Source of the DNA: Mycolicibacterium smegmatis
GTDB taxonomy: Bacteria > Actinomycetota > Actinomycetes > Mycobacteriales > Mycobacteriaceae
Assembly: GCF_001457595.1 (NCBI RefSeq)
Contig: NZ_LN831039.1
Span: forward strand, 30,001-62,000
DNA: 32,000 nt
Reading direction: 5' to 3'
Shown: piece by piece, positions 1-12,000 of the stretch
Numbering within the stretch: position 1 is the first letter of the stretch
How the letters are laid out: every line of letters starts with the position of its first letter
Program-made: the position numbers and the translations under genes
Notes under the pieces: model-generated
Databases searched by the model: none
What the model saw: the letters and a program-made list of their open reading frames with translations, nothing else
What the model was told of the DNA's origin: nothing

Positions 1-3000
1 CTGCCCGAACCCGTCGCCGCGACCAGTGGCACCGGCCGGACACCGCGCACCGACCGCGAGGCCACCCTGCTCGAGATCGTGGCCTCGGTGCTCGGCATCG
101 ACGGCATCGGCGTGGACGACGACTTCTTCACCCTCGGCGGTGACAGCATCTCATCGATCTCGGTGTGCGGACGCGCCCGCAAGGCCGGGCTCAACATCAC
201 GCCGCGAGACGTGTTCCGGCGCCGCACCATTGCCGCGCTCGCGGCAAGTGCCGACACCACGCAGACCCCGGAGTCCGGTCCCGACACCGGGACCGGGGCC
301 ATCACCGCGACCCCCATGCTCGCCGAGACCGCACAGGCGAACACGCCGCTGACCAACTTCTACCAGGCCATGGTGCTGGCCACGCCGGCCGGGATCACCG
401 CGCACGAGGTGCAACGCGTGCTGCAGACCGTGGTCGACGCCCACGCGATGCTGCGTGCGCGCCTGGTGACCACCGCGACGGGCTGGACCCTGACCGTTCC
501 CGATCAGACCGCGGCGATCGGGCTCACCGTCCGGTCGGGTGCGCTGACCAGCGACTGTGTCGAGGCCGAGAAAGCCGCGGCGGCAGCCGAACTCGACCCT
601 CGGGCGGGCAACATGGTACGCGCGGTGTGGTTCGACGCCCCGGAGGCGAGCGGGCAACTGCTGCTCGTGATCCACCACCTGGTGATCGACGGCGTGTCGT
701 GGCGCATCCTGTCCGAGGATCTTTCGCGCGCGTGGAACGACCTGGCCGCAGGACGCGACGTGGCGGCCGACGCCGTGCCGACGTCGTTTCACACGTGGGC
801 GAACGCACTGGCACAGCGCACATTCGACGACGAGCGCGAGTACTGGGCCGATGTGCTGGCCACGCCGGATCCGGATCTGGGCAGCCGCCCGCCGGATCCG
901 GCGATCGACACCGCGGACACCGTGCGCAGTCACGAGGTCACCCTGCCGTCCGATGTCACCGCGGCCCTGCTGACCTCGGTGCCCGCCGCGATGCACGGCG
1001 GTGTCAACGACGTGCTGCTCACCGGACTGGCGGTGGCGCTGGGACAGTGGCGTGCCGACCGGGGCCACTCACAGAACACCGCCACCGTGATCAGCCTGGA
1101 GCGCCACGGCCGCGAATCCGACCTGGTGGCAGCCGATCTGGACCTTTCACGAACCGTCGGCTGGTTCACCTCCATCTATCCGGTGCGCATCGACCCGGGC
1201 CCCCTCGAATGGGACACAGTGCGGTCGGCAGGCGCGGAACTCGCCGCAGCGGCCAAGGCCGTCAAAGAACAACTGCGCGCGGTACCCAACCGCGGGCTCG
1301 GCTACGGCGTCCTGCGTCACCTCCACGGCGCGCTGGACGGCACCCCGCCGCAGATCCTGTTCAACTACCTCGGCCGCTTCACCGGCGGCAGCGGCAACGA
1401 CTGGCGACCGGTCGCGGGAATCGGCGCGCTCACCGAGGGCGTGGATCCGAGCAACCCGGCCATGCCACTCGAGATCAACGCCCTGGCCGAGGAGCGGCCC
1501 GACGGCACGGTGCTCAGCATGACGCTGGCCTGGCCCGGTGGGCTGCTCGACGCCGACGACGTCGCCGAACTCGGCTCGATGTGGGCCGATGTGCTTGTCG
1601 CGCTGACCCGTTGTGATGCCCTGCGGGGCCACACCCCGTCGGACTTCGGCCTGGTGACCGTCAGCCAGGACGACATCGACGGCTGGGATCGACTCGGCGA
1701 GGTCGAGGAGGTGCTGCCCCTGCTGCCGCTGCAGGAGGGTATGTACTTCCACAGCATGTTCGGGGATCCTGCGACCGACACCTACCGCGTGCAGCAGATC
1801 GCCCAACTGTCCGGCCCGGTGGATCCCGAGGTGCTGCGTACCAGTCTCACCGTCGTGATGCGCCGCCACCAGGCGTTGCGTGCGAGCTTTAACGAACTCA
1901 CCGACGGCCGGGTGGCGCAGGTGATCTGGTCCGACGTCCCGGTTCAGCTCACCGTGGTCGACACGGATGATCTGGAAAGCATTGCCGCAGAGGAGCTCGC
2001 GCGGCCGTTCAACCTGGCCGAGGCGCCGCTGGTGCGCTACACGCTGGTGCGTCTGGGCGACGACGACCACCGGCTGGTTCAGACGATGCACCACATCATC
2101 GCCGACGGCTGGTCCTACCCGGTGCTGTTCGGCGACATCGTCGACCACTACAACGCCGCGATCGGCGTGGGGTCCGCACCGCAGTCGATCACGGTGACGC
2201 TTCGCGACCACATCGAGACCGTCACCGACCGCGACCGGGGCGCGGCACGGCAGGCATGGGAGCAGGCCTTGGCCGGCGCCGAACCGACCGCTCTTGTGCC
2301 GCGGCCCGACGGCGCCCCGGTCGGTGAACACCGCAGCGTCGTGCGGAGACTCGATTCCGCTCGCACCGCGGCCGTGGGGCGGGCCGCGCGCGTGCACGGC
2401 GTCACGGTCGGCACCGTTCTGCACGGTGCGTGGGGCCTGATGCTCGGCAGGCTGCTGGGCCGCAATCGCGTGGTGTTCGGGTCCACGGTGTCGGGCCGCG
2501 GGGGCGACCTCGCGGGCACCGAATCGATTGTGGGCCTGCTCATCAACACCATCCCGGTGCCGATGTCGTGGGAGCCGCACGCGACCCTCGCATCCGCGCT
2601 GATTGACCTGCAGGACCAGCAGAGCGCCCTGCTCGACGCCCAGCAAATGGGCCTCGCCGAGCTCGCGCGTCTGGCCGGGGTCCGCGAATTCTTCGACACC
2701 ATGGTCATCGTCGAGAATTTCCCCTCGACGTCGTCCGCGGAACACACCGACCCGCGGGCCGTGGCGTTCCGCGGATTCACGGGAACCGACTCACCGCACT
2801 ATCCGGTGTCGTTCGTCGCCTACGCCGACGACCAGCTCACCGTCGAGATCAAGTACGACGCCGGCGTCGTCACACCGGAACAGGCGGAGCGGTACGCCGA
2901 ACGTGTCGAACGCATCCTCACCGCGTTCGCCGAGACTCCCGATCTGCCGGTCAGCCGAATCGACCTGCGCACCAACGCCGAACGGCAGTTCACGGCCGGC

Positions 3001-6000
3001 CACGCGAGCCGCCCCGGCCCGGGCCGCACGCTGGGCGCGTCCTTCGCCGAGGTCGCCGCGACGTACCCGGACGCGGTCGCCGTGAGCTGCGGCGACACCC
3101 GGCTCACCTACCGCGAACTCGATGACCGCGCCGCCGCGGTCGCGGCCACCCTCGCCGAACGCGGCGTCGGCGCCGAATCCCGCGTCGCGATTGCCCTGCC
3201 GAGGTCGGCGGACCTGATCGTCGCCGTGCTGGCCGTGATCAAGGCAGGCGGTACGTATGTGCCGATCGACATCGGTGCGCCGGCGGCCAGGGTGCAGCAC
3301 ATCCTGGCCGACTCGGCCCCGGTGTGCCTGCTCACCGACACCGCCGAACGGTTCACCGGTGTGCCGCACGTGATCCTGGCCGAGGCCGCGCAGAACCCGG
3401 CACGTCCGCAGGCACCCACGGTTTCCCCCGATCACGCGGCCTACGTGATCTACACGTCGGGATCCACCGGCGTGCCCAAAGGCGTCGAGGTCACCCACCG
3501 CAACGTCGCTGCGCTGTTCGCAGGCACCACGTCCGGACTGTACGACTTCGGCCCCGACGACGTGTGGACCATGTTCCACTCCGCGGCGTTCGACTTCTCG
3601 GTGTGGGAACTGTGGGGACCGCTCCTGCACGGCGGTCGCCTGGTGGTCGTCGAACACGACGTGGCGCGGGATCCGGAACGCTTCGTCGACCTGCTTGCAC
3701 GCGAGCGCGTCACGGTGCTCAACCAGACCCCTTCGGCGTTCTATCCACTGCTCGAAGCCGACGCGCGCCTGCGCCGCCAACTCGCCCTGCGGTATGTGAT
3801 CTTCGGTGGGGAGGCGCTGGACGTGCGCCGCCTCGCACCGTGGTACGCCAACCACGAATCACACTCGCCCCGGCTGGTCAACATGTACGGCATCACCGAG
3901 ACGTGCGTCCATGTGTCCCACCGTGCGCTCGACACAGCCGACACGGGCGCCGCGGGCAGCGTGATCGGCGGGCCGCTTCCTGGCCTGCGGATCCACTTGC
4001 TGGACAACAACCTTCAGCCGGTCCCCGCCGGGGTGGTCGGCGAGATGTACATCGCAGGCGGGCAGGTGGCGCGCGGCTACACGGGCCGACCAGGTCTGAC
4101 CGCCACCCGCTTCGTCGCCAACCCGTTCGACGGCGCCGGTGAGCGGCTCTACCGCAGCGGCGATCTCGCCATGTGGACCGACGCAGGCGAACTGGTCTAC
4201 CTGGGCCGCTCCGACGCGCAGGTCAAGGTGCGCGGATATCGCATCGAACTCGGTGAGGTCGAGGCCGCGCTGGTCACCCTGCCCGGCGTCACCAACGCCG
4301 CGGCCGACGTTCGCCACGACGACACCGGCCGCGCTCGCCTCATCGGGTACGTCGTGGGCGATGCTCTGGACATCGGCGCGCTGCGAAGCACACTCGCCGA
4401 ACGACTCCCCGACTACATGGTGCCCTCGGTGCTGCTGAGGCTCGACGTCCTGCCGCTGACCGTCAACGGAAAACTCGACCGCGCCGCGCTGCCCGATCCC
4501 GAACCCGTCGAGCAGGCGCCCGCGCCCGTTGCCGGCACCGGCACCGCGTCCCTGCTCGCGGGTCTGTGCACCGAGATCCTCGGCACCACAGTCGGTGTGG
4601 AGGATGACTTCTTCACCGCGGGCGGCGACAGCATCATCGCGATCCAACTCGTGAACCGCGCGCGGCGCGAGGGTGTGCGGATCACACCTCAACAGGTGTT
4701 CGTCCACCGCACCCCCGCGGCGCTGGCGTCGGTGCTCGACACCGGAAGCGTCGCCGCCCCCGACGCCACCCCCGACGAGGATGCCGGACCCGACCTCGGC
4801 GAGGTGATGCTGACACCGATCGTGCAGCGCCTCGCCGAACTCGGCGGCACGGTCACCCGGTTCAACCAATCCGAACTGCTGCGCACCCCGGCCGGTGCCA
4901 CCGTCGCCCGGCTCGAGACCGCGATCAACGCCGTCATCGCACGCCACGACGCTTTGCGGATCCGGCTGCACCGGCCCGCGCCCATGCTGTGGTCCCTCGA
5001 AACCACCGCCGCGGCACCGGTTTCGATCACGCGGATAGACGCGCACGGGTTCGACGACGAGCAACTGCGCACCGTGATCGCCACAGAATCCGACGCCGCG
5101 GCCGATCGACTGGACCCCGAGAACGGCGTCGTCGTGGTCGCCGTCTGGTTCGACCGCGGCACCGACACGCAGGGACGTCTGCTGCTCGTGGTGCACCACC
5201 TCGCGGTCGACGGCGTGTCATGGCGCATCCTTCTGGACGACCTCGCCGAGGCCTACCGCCAGGCGCTCTCCGGTCAACGCGTCGCGCCGGCGCCGGTGAC
5301 CACGTCGCTGCGGCAGTATGCCCGCACCGTCAACGAGAACGCGCAGCACTCGTCGCGTCTCACGGAATTCGAGCACTGGACCGAGGTGCTGGCACCGGGC
5401 GGTGAACTCGTCGCGACGGCCGACGTCGTCACCCTCACGGTCGGGGCGACCCGCGACCACGAGATCCGGCTGAGCACCGAGGACACCGCGCCGCTGCTCA
5501 CGACGGTTCCGGCCGCGGCCAACGCCGATGTCACCGAGACCCTCGTCGCGGCACTGCATCTGGCGGTCAGCCGTTGGCGAGCGGCCCGTGGCGAGGCAGC
5601 CGACGCGCCGCTGGTGCTATCCCTGGAGCGCCACGGCCGCGACGGATGGCCCGACGACGTGGACCTGTCACGCACCGTCGGCTGGTTCACGTCGATCGCG
5701 CCGGTGCGCCTCCCCGCACCGGGCGAGGATCTTCTGAACACGCTCAAGGCGGTCAAGGAGAGCCTGCGCGCGGCACCTGACGGTGGACTCGGTTTCGGCC
5801 AGCTGCGGTACTGCAACCCACGCACGTCCGCGGTGCTCGCGCGACTGGGCACGCCGCAACTGCTGTTCAACTACCTCGGGCGGTGGGCCGCCGACGCCTG
5901 CGACGACTGGGCCTCGGCGCCCGAGGTCGATGCCCTGCGCACCGAGCCCAACCCCGACCTCGGCACGCCGTATCTGGTGGAGGTCAACGCGATCTGTGAC

Positions 6001-9000
6001 GACACCGTCGACGGTCCGCGACTGCGGGCCACGTTGACCTACGCCGACGGTGAACTGGACGAGCCCTCGGTCGCCGAACTGGGCGAGCTGTGGGTCGCGG
6101 CGCTGCGTGAACTCGGCAGCCTCGCCACAGGTGGTGATGCGGCGCTGACACCGTCGGACCTGCCCTTGGTGACGCTCACGCAGGAACACATCGACCGGGT
6201 CACCGGCGCGGTGCCCGGAAACGTCGAGACTATCTGGCCGCTGTCGCCGCTGCAGGAAGGTGTCTATCTGCAGGCCCGGTACGCCACGGCCGCGGTGTAC
6301 ATCGTGCAGAACGTCTTCGACTTCGCCGAACCCGTCGACACCACGGCGTTGCGGACGGCCTACTCGGCGGTGATGGCCCGAAATCCCGTGCTGCGTTCGG
6401 CATTCTGGGCCGATGACCTGCCCCAGCCGGTCGCCGCCATCGTCGCCGACCCCGTGTGTGAGCCGCGCGTCGTCGATCTCGGCGGGCTACCCGCCACCCA
6501 GGTCGAGCGACGGGTCGAGGAGATCACCGCAGACGATCGCCAGCAGACCTTCGACCTGGCCGCGGCGCCGCTCGCACGGATGACGGTGCTGCGTACCCCC
6601 GACCGCGACCGGTTGATCTTCAGCTACCACTTCCTGCTGCTCGACGGCTGGTCGCGCGAACAACTGCTGCGCGAGTTGTTCGCCGAGTACACCGCCGCAC
6701 GGGGCGGGGCGGTCGCCCAACTGCCCGCGCCGACCGCCGATTTCACCGACTACCTGCGGTGGCTGGCCCGGCAGGACCGCGACGTGTCGGCACGCGAATG
6801 GTCCGAGGCGTTGCGCGATCTCGAGGCACCGACGCTTCTGGTACCCGACGCCGTGGGCACCGACCCGACGCTCGCGCTGCGCCTGGAGTTCCTGCTCAGC
6901 GAGGCCGACACCGCGGCACTGACCGCGGCGGCGCGATCGGCCGGCGTCACGCTCAACGCGCTGATCAGCACCGCGCTGGCCATGGTGCTCGCCTACGAAA
7001 CCGGCAGGGACGACGTGGTTTTCGGTTCCACAGTGGCCGGCCGGCCCACCGACCTCGACGGTATCGACTCGGTGATCGGGCTGTTCCTCAACACCGTGCC
7101 CACCCGGGTCCGCCTCGCACCGCACCGCACCGTGGCCGACACCATGCGGGCCGTGCAGTCCGACCGGCTGCGACTCATGGACCACGAGTACCTGGGGCTC
7201 GGCGACATCCAGCGGGCCGTGTCGACCGGCGGCGGACCTCTGTTCGACAGCCTGTACGTGCTGCAGAACTTCCTCGACGACGACACGTTCACCGACATGG
7301 AGGCCCAGTACGGCATCGTCGGCCACGATTCGATCGACGCGTCGCACTATCCACTCACGTGGGTCGCGTCCCCCGGCCGGCGCCTGTGGATGAAACTCGA
7401 ATACCGGCCCGACGTCGTCGAACGTGACCGTGCCCAGGGATTGCTGGACCGGCTGCGGCAGGTACTGCTCCAGGTCGGCACCGGGGTCGAACGGCCCTCG
7501 GCCGCGCTGACCCTCCCGCTGCCCGCCGAAGCCGACCACAAGCGCACGCGCGACGCGGCCACCGAGCACGATCTACCGCACGCCTCGGTGCTGGACCTGC
7601 TCGCCGAGCGGGCCGTGCAGTCCGGCGACCTCACGGCCCTGGTGTGTGGCGGCGAATTTGTCGACTACGCCGAGCTTCTCGCACGGGTCAACCGGCTGGC
7701 GTGGGTGTTGCGCAGCCGCGGAATCGGGCCAGAAGACACTGTCGCACTCGCTGTTCCACGCTCGATCGATGCCGTGGTGGCGTTGTTCGCGGTGTTGCGG
7801 GCCGGCGCGGCGTACCTGCCGCTGGAGCTGGACTACCCGGACGAGCGCCTCGCAGTCATGCTCGGCGACGCCGAACCGGTGCGCGTGCTGGTCACCGGGG
7901 CCACCGCACAACGGATCGCACGGGTGGCGTCGGCACCCCTGACGGTCCTCGACGCACCCGACACATGTGACGAACTGGCGCGCGCCCGGTCGGACTGGGA
8001 CGGCTACTCCCCGCACCCCGACCAACCCGCCTACGTCATCTACACCTCCGGGTCGACCGGAAAGCCCAAAGGCGTTGTCACGCCGCACCGCGGGCTGACC
8101 AACATGCACCTCAACCACCGCGAGGCGATCTTCGCGCCCACGATCGCCCGGGCCCACGGACGCCGCCTCAAGATCGCCCACACCGTCTCGTTCTCGTTCG
8201 ACATGTCGTGGGAAGAACTGTTGTGGCTCATCGAGGGTCACGAGGTGCACATCTGCGACGAGGTGCTGCGCCGCGACGCCACCTCGCTGGTGCGGTACTG
8301 CCACGACCACCGCATCGACGTCATCAACGTCACGCCCACCTACGCCGCGCTGCTGTTCGAGGAGGGCCTGCTCGAGCAGGCCGGCCACCCGCCCGTGCTG
8401 GTGCTGCTCGGTGGTGAGGCCGTGTCGACAACCGTGTGGAACCGTCTGCGCGACAGCGAACGCTGGTACGGCTACAACCTGTACGGTCCGACCGAGTACA
8501 CCATCAACACCCTCGGCGGCGGCACCGACGACAGCGCCACACCCACCGTCGGAACGCCGATCTGGAACACCAGAGCCCACATCCTCGACAACTGGCTGCG
8601 GCCGGTTCCCGACGGCGTGCCCGGTGAGCTCTACATCGCCGGCGCGGGCCTGGCCCGCGGATACCTGGGGCAACCAGGGCTCACCGCAAGCCGATTCGTC
8701 GCCAACCCGTTCGAGCCCGGCCGCATGTACCGCACGGGCGACCTGGTGGTGCGCCGCGCGGACGACAACATCGACTTCCTCGGCCGCACCGACGACCAGG
8801 TCAAGATCCGCGGCTACCGCGTCGAACTCGGCGACATCGAGGCCGCGCTGGTGTCCCACCCCGGCGTCTCACAGGCCGCGGTGATCGCGCGCCCGGACAC
8901 CGCGGGTTCGTCACGGCTCGTGGCCTATGTCGTCCCGACGACCGAGAACCCTGATGTGCTCGACGATCTGCGCATGCATCTCACCGCCACCCTCCCGGCG

Positions 9001-12000
9001 TACATGGTGCCCACCGCGATGGCCACGCTCACCGAGATCCCGCTGACCGACAACGGGAAACTCGACACTCGTGCGCTGCCCGACGTCGCACCCATCGGCC
9101 GCCACGGCGCGGGCCGGGCACCGCAGGGTGCGGTCGAGGTGACATTGTGCACGGTGTTCGCCGAGGTCCTCGGACTCGACGGGCCCGACGGGCTGAGCGT
9201 CGACGACGACTTCTTCGACCTCGGCGGACACTCCCTGCTCACCATCCGGCTCATCAGCCGGATCCGTTCCGAGCTCGGTGCCGAGCTGACCCTCGGCGAC
9301 GTGTTCAACTCGAGGACCGTCGCAGCACTCGCCCGGCACGTCACGGCAGACGAAGGCGACAACCGACGCCCCCGACTCGTGGCCGGTCCGCGGCCACAAC
9401 ACATCCCGGCCTCACCCGCACAGCGGCGCATGCTGATGCTCGATCGTCTCGGCGAGACCGGGTCGGCGTACAACTATCCGCTCGTGTTCCGCGTGCGCGG
9501 TGCGCTGGACGTCGACGCGCTGCGTGACGCGCTGACCGCTGTCGTCGACCGGCACGAGGCCCTGCGCACGGTGTTCGACGACCGCGACGGCGTGTACCAC
9601 CAACGGATCCTGCCGCGAGGCACGCAACCCCCGCTGCACGTGAGCGACTGCCCCGAGCACGAACTCGCCACACGGGCCGACGCCCTCGTCGAACACCGCT
9701 TCGACCTCACGGGCGAAATCCCGTTACGGGTGGATGTTCTGCGCAGCGGACCCGAGGACCACACCGTCGTCATGCTGCTGCACCACATCGCGATCGACGA
9801 ATGGTCAGACGCGGTGTTCCTGGCCGATCTCGACGCGGCCTACGCGGCACACCGCGCAGGCACGGCTGCACCGCTACCCGAACCGGTTGTGCAGTACGCC
9901 GATCACACCCTGTGGCAGCGCGACGTGCTCGCCCAACTCGGTGACCGGCAGCGTGAGTTCTGGCGTACCGCACTGGCCGGGGCGCCCGACGAGTTGGCGT
10001 TGCCCGCCGACCGGCCTCGGCCCGCGCGGCCCACCGGTGCGGGTGGCACCCTCGACGTCGAGATCACGGCCGAAACCGCCTCCGCGCTGCGAAGATTGGC
10101 CGCCGACAAGCAGGTCAGCATGCTCATGGTGCTGCACGCGGCTGTCGCGGTGCTGATCCATCGGCTCGGTGCGGGTGACGACATCGTGGTCGGCACGCCG
10201 GTGGCCGGCCGCGATGACGCCGCGCTCGACGACGTGGTCGGACTGTTCGTCAACACCGTGGTGTTGCGGGCCGACCTCGCGGGCAACCCGACGTTCACCG
10301 AGCTGCTCGACCGCGTCCGGACGGCCGATCTGGCGGCGTTCGCGCACCAGGATCTGCCGTTCGACCACCTCGTGGAGGAACTCAATCCCCCACGCGTGGC
10401 GGGGCGCAACCCGCTTTTCAACCTGTTCGTCGGCTACCACCTGCGCTCCGGGACGGACTCCGACATGTTCGGCCTGCCCACCGAGTGGACCGAACCCGCG
10501 GTGTCCGCGGCGATGTTCGATCTCGGCTTCACCCTGGTCGACCACGGCGGCGACGAATCCGCGAGCATCACGGCCGAATACGCGGCCGACCTGTTCGACG
10601 CGTCGACAGTGCACACGCTCGCCCGCCGCCTCGTGGCGCTGCTGGACCATGTGGTGGCCGATGCCGAGACGCGCATCGGTGCCCTCGACCTGCTCGCACC
10701 CGGTGAGCACGACACGCTCGTCGTCGAACACAACGCCACCGAGCATCCGCTCGAGCCGATCACACTGGGTGCCCTGGTGTCCCGGCAGGCCACGAGCACG
10801 CCGCACGCCACCGCGCTGCGTTACGAGGAGTCTGAGCTCAGCTACCGCGACCTCGACGGCTGGTCGGATCGGCTGGCGGCTCATCTGTCCGCGCGAGGCG
10901 CGGCACCGGGCACCGTGGTGGGGGTGTCGCTGCCCCGGTCGGTCGAACTCGTCGTCGCACTGGTGGCCGTGGCGAAATCCGGCGCGGCATTCCTGCCGCT
11001 GGATCCCGAGTATCCGCGAGAGCGGCTCGAGTACATGGTGTCCGACGCCCGACCGATCACGGTGCTCGACGATCCAGATGCCGTGCGGCGCAGCCGCGGT
11101 GAACCGGACGGCGAGCTGCCGCGCATCGACCCGGCGGCCTGGGCGTATGTGCTCTACACGTCGGGTTCGACGGGCCGGCCCAAAGGCGTCGCAGTTGCCC
11201 ATGCCGGCATCGTCAACCGGATCGCGTGCTTGCAGCACGCCTACCCGCTGGGTACGGACGACCGCATGCTGGTCAAGACGCCGATCAGCTTCGACACCTC
11301 GGTGTGGGAGGTGTTCTGGCCGCTGAGTGTCGGCGCGACACTCGTCGTCGCACGCCCCGGTGGTCATCGCGAACCCGCGTACCTGGCGGCCATGATCGCC
11401 GAACAGTGCGTCACCGCAGTCGATTTCGTACCGTCGATGCTCGAGGTGTTCCTGGACGAGGTCGCCGGCACGTGCGCGTCCCTGACCCGGGTGACCGTCG
11501 GCGGCGAGGCGCTGACGACCGAACTCGCGGCGCGGTTCGCCGAGGCGTTCCCCGGCGTGCCGCTGCACAACCTGTACGGGCCCACCGAGGCGGCCGTGGA
11601 CGTCCTGGGCTGGACCGCCGACGGCGGACCGGTCGCGTTGGGTGTGCCGGGGTGGAACGTGCGGGCGTACGTGCTCGACGACTACCTGAACCCGGTGCCG
11701 GCCGGGGCGCCCGGCGAGTTGTACCTCGCCGGAATCCAACTGGCCGACGGATATCTGCACCGCGGTGCGCTCACCGCGGCACGGTTCGTCGCATCCCCGT
11801 TCGATCAGGGTGCGCGGATGTACCGCACGGGCGACGTGGTGCGGTGGCGCGCCGACGGGCAGCTGGAGTACCTCGGCCGCTCCGATGATCAGATCAAGCT
11901 GCGCGGGGTCCGGATCGAGCCGGGCGAGATCGAGACCGTCCTGGCAACCCATCCGGCCGTGTCCTCGGTGCGGGTGATCGCCCGTGGCGGACGGCTCATG

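Noticed and set aside
1147-5199. Long minus-strand ORFs (532 aa at 1147-2745, 446 aa at 3859-5199) and plus-frame ORFs such as 165-1616 inside the NRPS
   Set aside because: They have arginine/histidine-rich, low-information products and overlap well-supported NRPS domains. High-GC third positions suppress stop codons in other frames.
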